From assembly GCA_018260615.1 (NCBI GenBank), contig JAGWDQ010000119.1, positions 1 through 19,514 on the forward strand: a stretch of 19,514 bases of DNA, in the 5' to 3' direction. The translations under genes were made by a program, and so were the position numbers. Within the stretch, counting starts at the first letter, position 1; each line of letters starts with the position of its first letter. This stretch comes from Candidatus Altarchaeum sp. (GTDB lineage Archaea > Altiarchaeota > Altiarchaeia > Altiarchaeales > Altiarchaeaceae). This document shows, piece by piece, positions 17,192 to 19,514 of the stretch. The notes beneath the pieces were generated by a model, which worked only from the letters and a program-made list of their open reading frames with translations, was not told the origin of the DNA and did no database searches.

Positions 17192-18526
17192 TTATCTTAA
17201 TTTTCCAAGCCGGCTCAAAAATTTCCTTATTTCTGCCTCCTTTGTCTCCATATCTCTGTTCACAAACAAAATTTCATAGCAAACGCTCTTGTTGTCCTTA
17301 AATTTCTCACTTCTGTAAATATCTTTAATATAGACATCGTCAATTTCCAGCCCGTATTTTCTGTAATTTAAAATTTCCGTAATTAATGTTTCGTCAATTC
17401 CCTCATCAAGCAAAACAGCAAAGTCCTTTTTTGTTATTCCGAAAACATTCTTTTGGACATTTAAAATTTCCTGGGCGTCCTTTAAAATTTCTATATTTGC
17501 TATTTTAAACTTTGAGTGTGTTGTCTTATTTTCCAGCTCTAAATTTTCCGCATCAACTGCACTTATGTTTCCAAAATGGATTTGCTGTGAGCTCGTGTGC
17601 CTGATAAAAATTTCCTTTCCCGTATTGTTTTTCAAAAATTCCAGCTCCTCGTGCAGCGAAGCAATTGCTTTATTTGACCTTCCGACGGCATTGCCTAAAT
17701 CGGAAAAGTGCTTTGCAGACGAACTCATTATACTGACAAAATTTTTCTCGTCTTTGCTGTTGATGGCATTATTCAGGCTCGTTGCACTTTCAATAAATTT
17801 TTTCCTTACATCCTGTGTCAGCGAATTTTCCATCTGAATGTGAGCATACAAGTAGGGATCCTGCGATAAAATCCTTCCGATTATGTCAAGCATTAAATTG
17901 TAAATCGGCGAGGCAAATTTTCTTGATTCCCTGACATTAAAGTCCAGATTTTTTAAGGTGTATCCGATTGAAATGTAAGTAAAATGGGTTAAGCCCTGAA
18001 TAACAGACATGGCTTTATCGTGCTCTTCGGGGGTTGCAGTAACAAATTTTGCCTTGTGCTCATTTAAAAATTTTTCTATAACAGGCATCCATTTTTCTGT
18101 CCTCAGGGGGCACAGGATAAAAATTTGTCCGTGTATGTCTGAAATTGTGGGACCGAACATAGGATGAATGCTTATAATTTCCGCATTTGTGTTTGTATAT
18201 TTAAGTAATGCATCACACACATCGCTTTTTACGGAGGTGAAGTCGGCAATTAAGGAACCGTCCTGGACAATAGGTGCAACCTGTTTTATTGTCTCTATTG
18301 TCTTTTCAATCGGAACTGTAATTATTGTTATGTCTGCATCGCCTGCTATTCTGTTGTCATCGCTAAATTTAACTCCGAAATCGTTTGCTGTTTTTTCGCC
18401 TTTTTCTTTACTCGGGCCTGTGATTATAACATTCCATCCGTAGTCCTTAAAAATCCTCACAAAAATTTTTCCCATTCCTCCGTATCCGCCGATAATTACG
18501 ACTGTGTAGGGTATTGTTGCTCGCAT
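17192..18526 (-). CDS. tyrA: Prephenate dehydrogenase with a long C-terminal extension
   Basis: Rossmann VIIGGYGGMG, ITVPI, DFTSVK, SIHPMFGP, TPEEHDKAMSVIQGLTHF and ASPIY, followed by about 150 extra C-terminal residues. Confidence 0.92.
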   Translation of the reverse strand: MRATIPYTVVIIGGYGGMGKIFVRIFKDYGWNVIITGPSKEKGEKTANDFGVKFSDDNRIAGDADITIITVPIEKTIETIKQVAPIVQDGSLIADFTSVKSDVCDALLKYTNTNAEIISIHPMFGPTISDIHGQIFILCPLRTEKWMPVIEKFLNEHKAKFVTATPEEHDKAMSVIQGLTHFTYISIGYTLKNLDFNVRESRKFASPIYNLMLDIIGRILSQDPYLYAHIQMENSLTQDVRKKFIESATSLNNAINSKDEKNFVSIMSSSAKHFSDLGNAVGRSNKAIASLHEELEFLKNNTGKEIFIRHTSSQQIHFGNISAVDAENLELENKTTHSKFKIANIEILKDAQEILNVQKNVFGITKKDFAVLLDEGIDETLITEILNYRKYGLEIDDVYIKDIYRSEKFKDNKSVCYEILFVNRDMETKEAEIRKFLSRLGKLR

Positions 18527-18588
18527 TGTTAATGTAAAATGAATAAGAAATAAGAAATGAATTAGTAAATTTTAAAATTTGTTAAATT

Positions 18589-18828
18589 TTAGATGTTTTT
18601 TGTTTTTATTTCCGAAATGATATTTGAAATTTTATTTACTCTGTCAGCAAGTCCTAATTTGAAATATAAATTCTTTGCATTTTCATAACAGGCAATTGCT
18701 TTGTTTATATTTCCAATCTTTCTATATATAATCCCTAAATTTTCATAAGCAATTGCCAAAGAATGTATATCTCCGAGATTTTTAAAATTATTTTCTGCCT
18801 CTTTAAAAATATTTATTGCTTCAGCCCA
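18589..18828 (-). pseudogene. Out-of-frame C-terminal continuation (79 aa) of the TPR gene after a 1-nt deletion
   Basis: Reads WAEAINIFKEAENNFKNLGDIHSLAIAYENLGIIYRKIGNINKAIACYENAKNLYFKLGLADRVNKISNIISEIKTKNI*, i.e. one more TPR plus a capping helix. Only 5 nt (18829-18833) separate the Q and W codons, where other repeats have 6. Confidence 0.85.
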
Positions 18829-19514
18829 TTTTCCTGATTTTTGTAAACCACACCCAAATTTGTCAATGATGCAGAATATCCCTGCATATCTCCTAATTTT
18901 TTAAAAATTTCCATGGATTCCTTAAAATGGCTTATTGCATCATCCCATTTTTCCTGATTTGCATAAATTATACCTAAATTTGTCAGTGATGCAGAATATC
19001 CCTGCATATCTCCCAATTTTTTCTTAATTTCCATAGATTCCTTAAAATTGCTTGTTGCTTCATCCCATTTTCCCTGATACATATAAACCAAACCTAAATT
19101 CATCAATGATTTAGAATATCCATGCACATCTCCTAATTTTTTCTTAATTTCCATAGATTCCTTAAAATGGCTTATTGCTTCATCCCATTTTCCCTGATCC
19201 ATATAAACCGAACCTAAATTTCCCAATGATTTAGAATATCCCTGCATATCTCCTAATTTTTTATCAATTTCCATAGATTCCTTAAAATGGCTTATTGCTT
19301 CATCCCATTTTCCCTGATTTTTGTAAACCACACCCAAATTTGTCAATGATGCAGAATATCCCTGTATATCTCCTAATTTTTTCTTAATTTCCATGGATTC
19401 CTTAAAATGGCTTATTGCTTCATCCCATTTTCCCTGATCCATATAAACCGAACCTAAATTTCCCAATGATTTAGAATATCCCTGCATATCTCCTAATTTT
19501 TTATCAATTTCCAT
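18721..19514 (-). repeat. 120-bp tandem repeat array (about 6 highly similar units plus 1 diverged unit)
   Basis: Sequence blocks recur at a 120-bp period. 19201-19274 is identical to 19441-19514, giving a 240-bp higher-order period. Confidence 0.95.
18813..19514 (-). CDS. Tetratricopeptide-repeat protein, 40-aa repeat type (5' end outside window, frameshifted near 18830)
   Basis: Six near-identical repeats of type MEIxKKLGDxQGYSxSLxNLGxVYxxQGKWDEAISHFKES. Confidence 0.9.
   Translation of the reverse strand: MEIDKKLGDMQGYSKSLGNLGSVYMDQGKWDEAISHFKESMEIKKKLGDIQGYSASLTNLGVVYKNQGKWDEAISHFKESMEIDKKLGDMQGYSKSLGNLGSVYMDQGKWDEAISHFKESMEIKKKLGDVHGYSKSLMNLGLVYMYQGKWDEATSNFKESMEIKKKLGDMQGYSASLTNLGIIYANQEKWDDAISHFKESMEIFKKLGDMQGYSASLTNLGVVYKNQENGLKQ

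Noticed and set aside
18721-19514. TPR array as a diversity-generating retroelement TR/VR pair
   Set aside because: Differences between units are not confined to adenines, all units lie in one reading frame as protein repeats, and no reverse transcriptase is in the window.

Overview
AT-rich archaeal chromosomal window. An archaeal origin is supported by aTrm56, MCM and UPF0280 genes; an Altiarchaeota-like host is only my inference. Housekeeping and metabolic genes: TraB family, UPF0280/ApbE-like, SPFH, GT2, purU, glycogen-synthase-like GT-B, trm56, MCM with a 152-aa mini-intein, and tyrA. Accessory genes: a DUF5678-like + retropepsin pair, a complete type III R-M mod/res pair, and the 3' end of a 40-aa TPR-array gene with a 1-nt frameshift. 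The main unexplained signal is a small repeat element (CACCTCACTTC-GTTC-GGAGATTTT) present in two unrelated genes 9.6 kb apart (UPF0280 and mod). Both copies are in frame, in the same orientation and reading frame relative to the host gene, and encode NHLTS...GDF.N. One copy has a 10-bp flanking direct repeat and the other a perfect 12-bp hairpin. Several 9-12 bp in-frame duplications elsewhere could be related footprints. A second, unrelated REP-like hairpin made of 8-bp units lies between res and tyrA.
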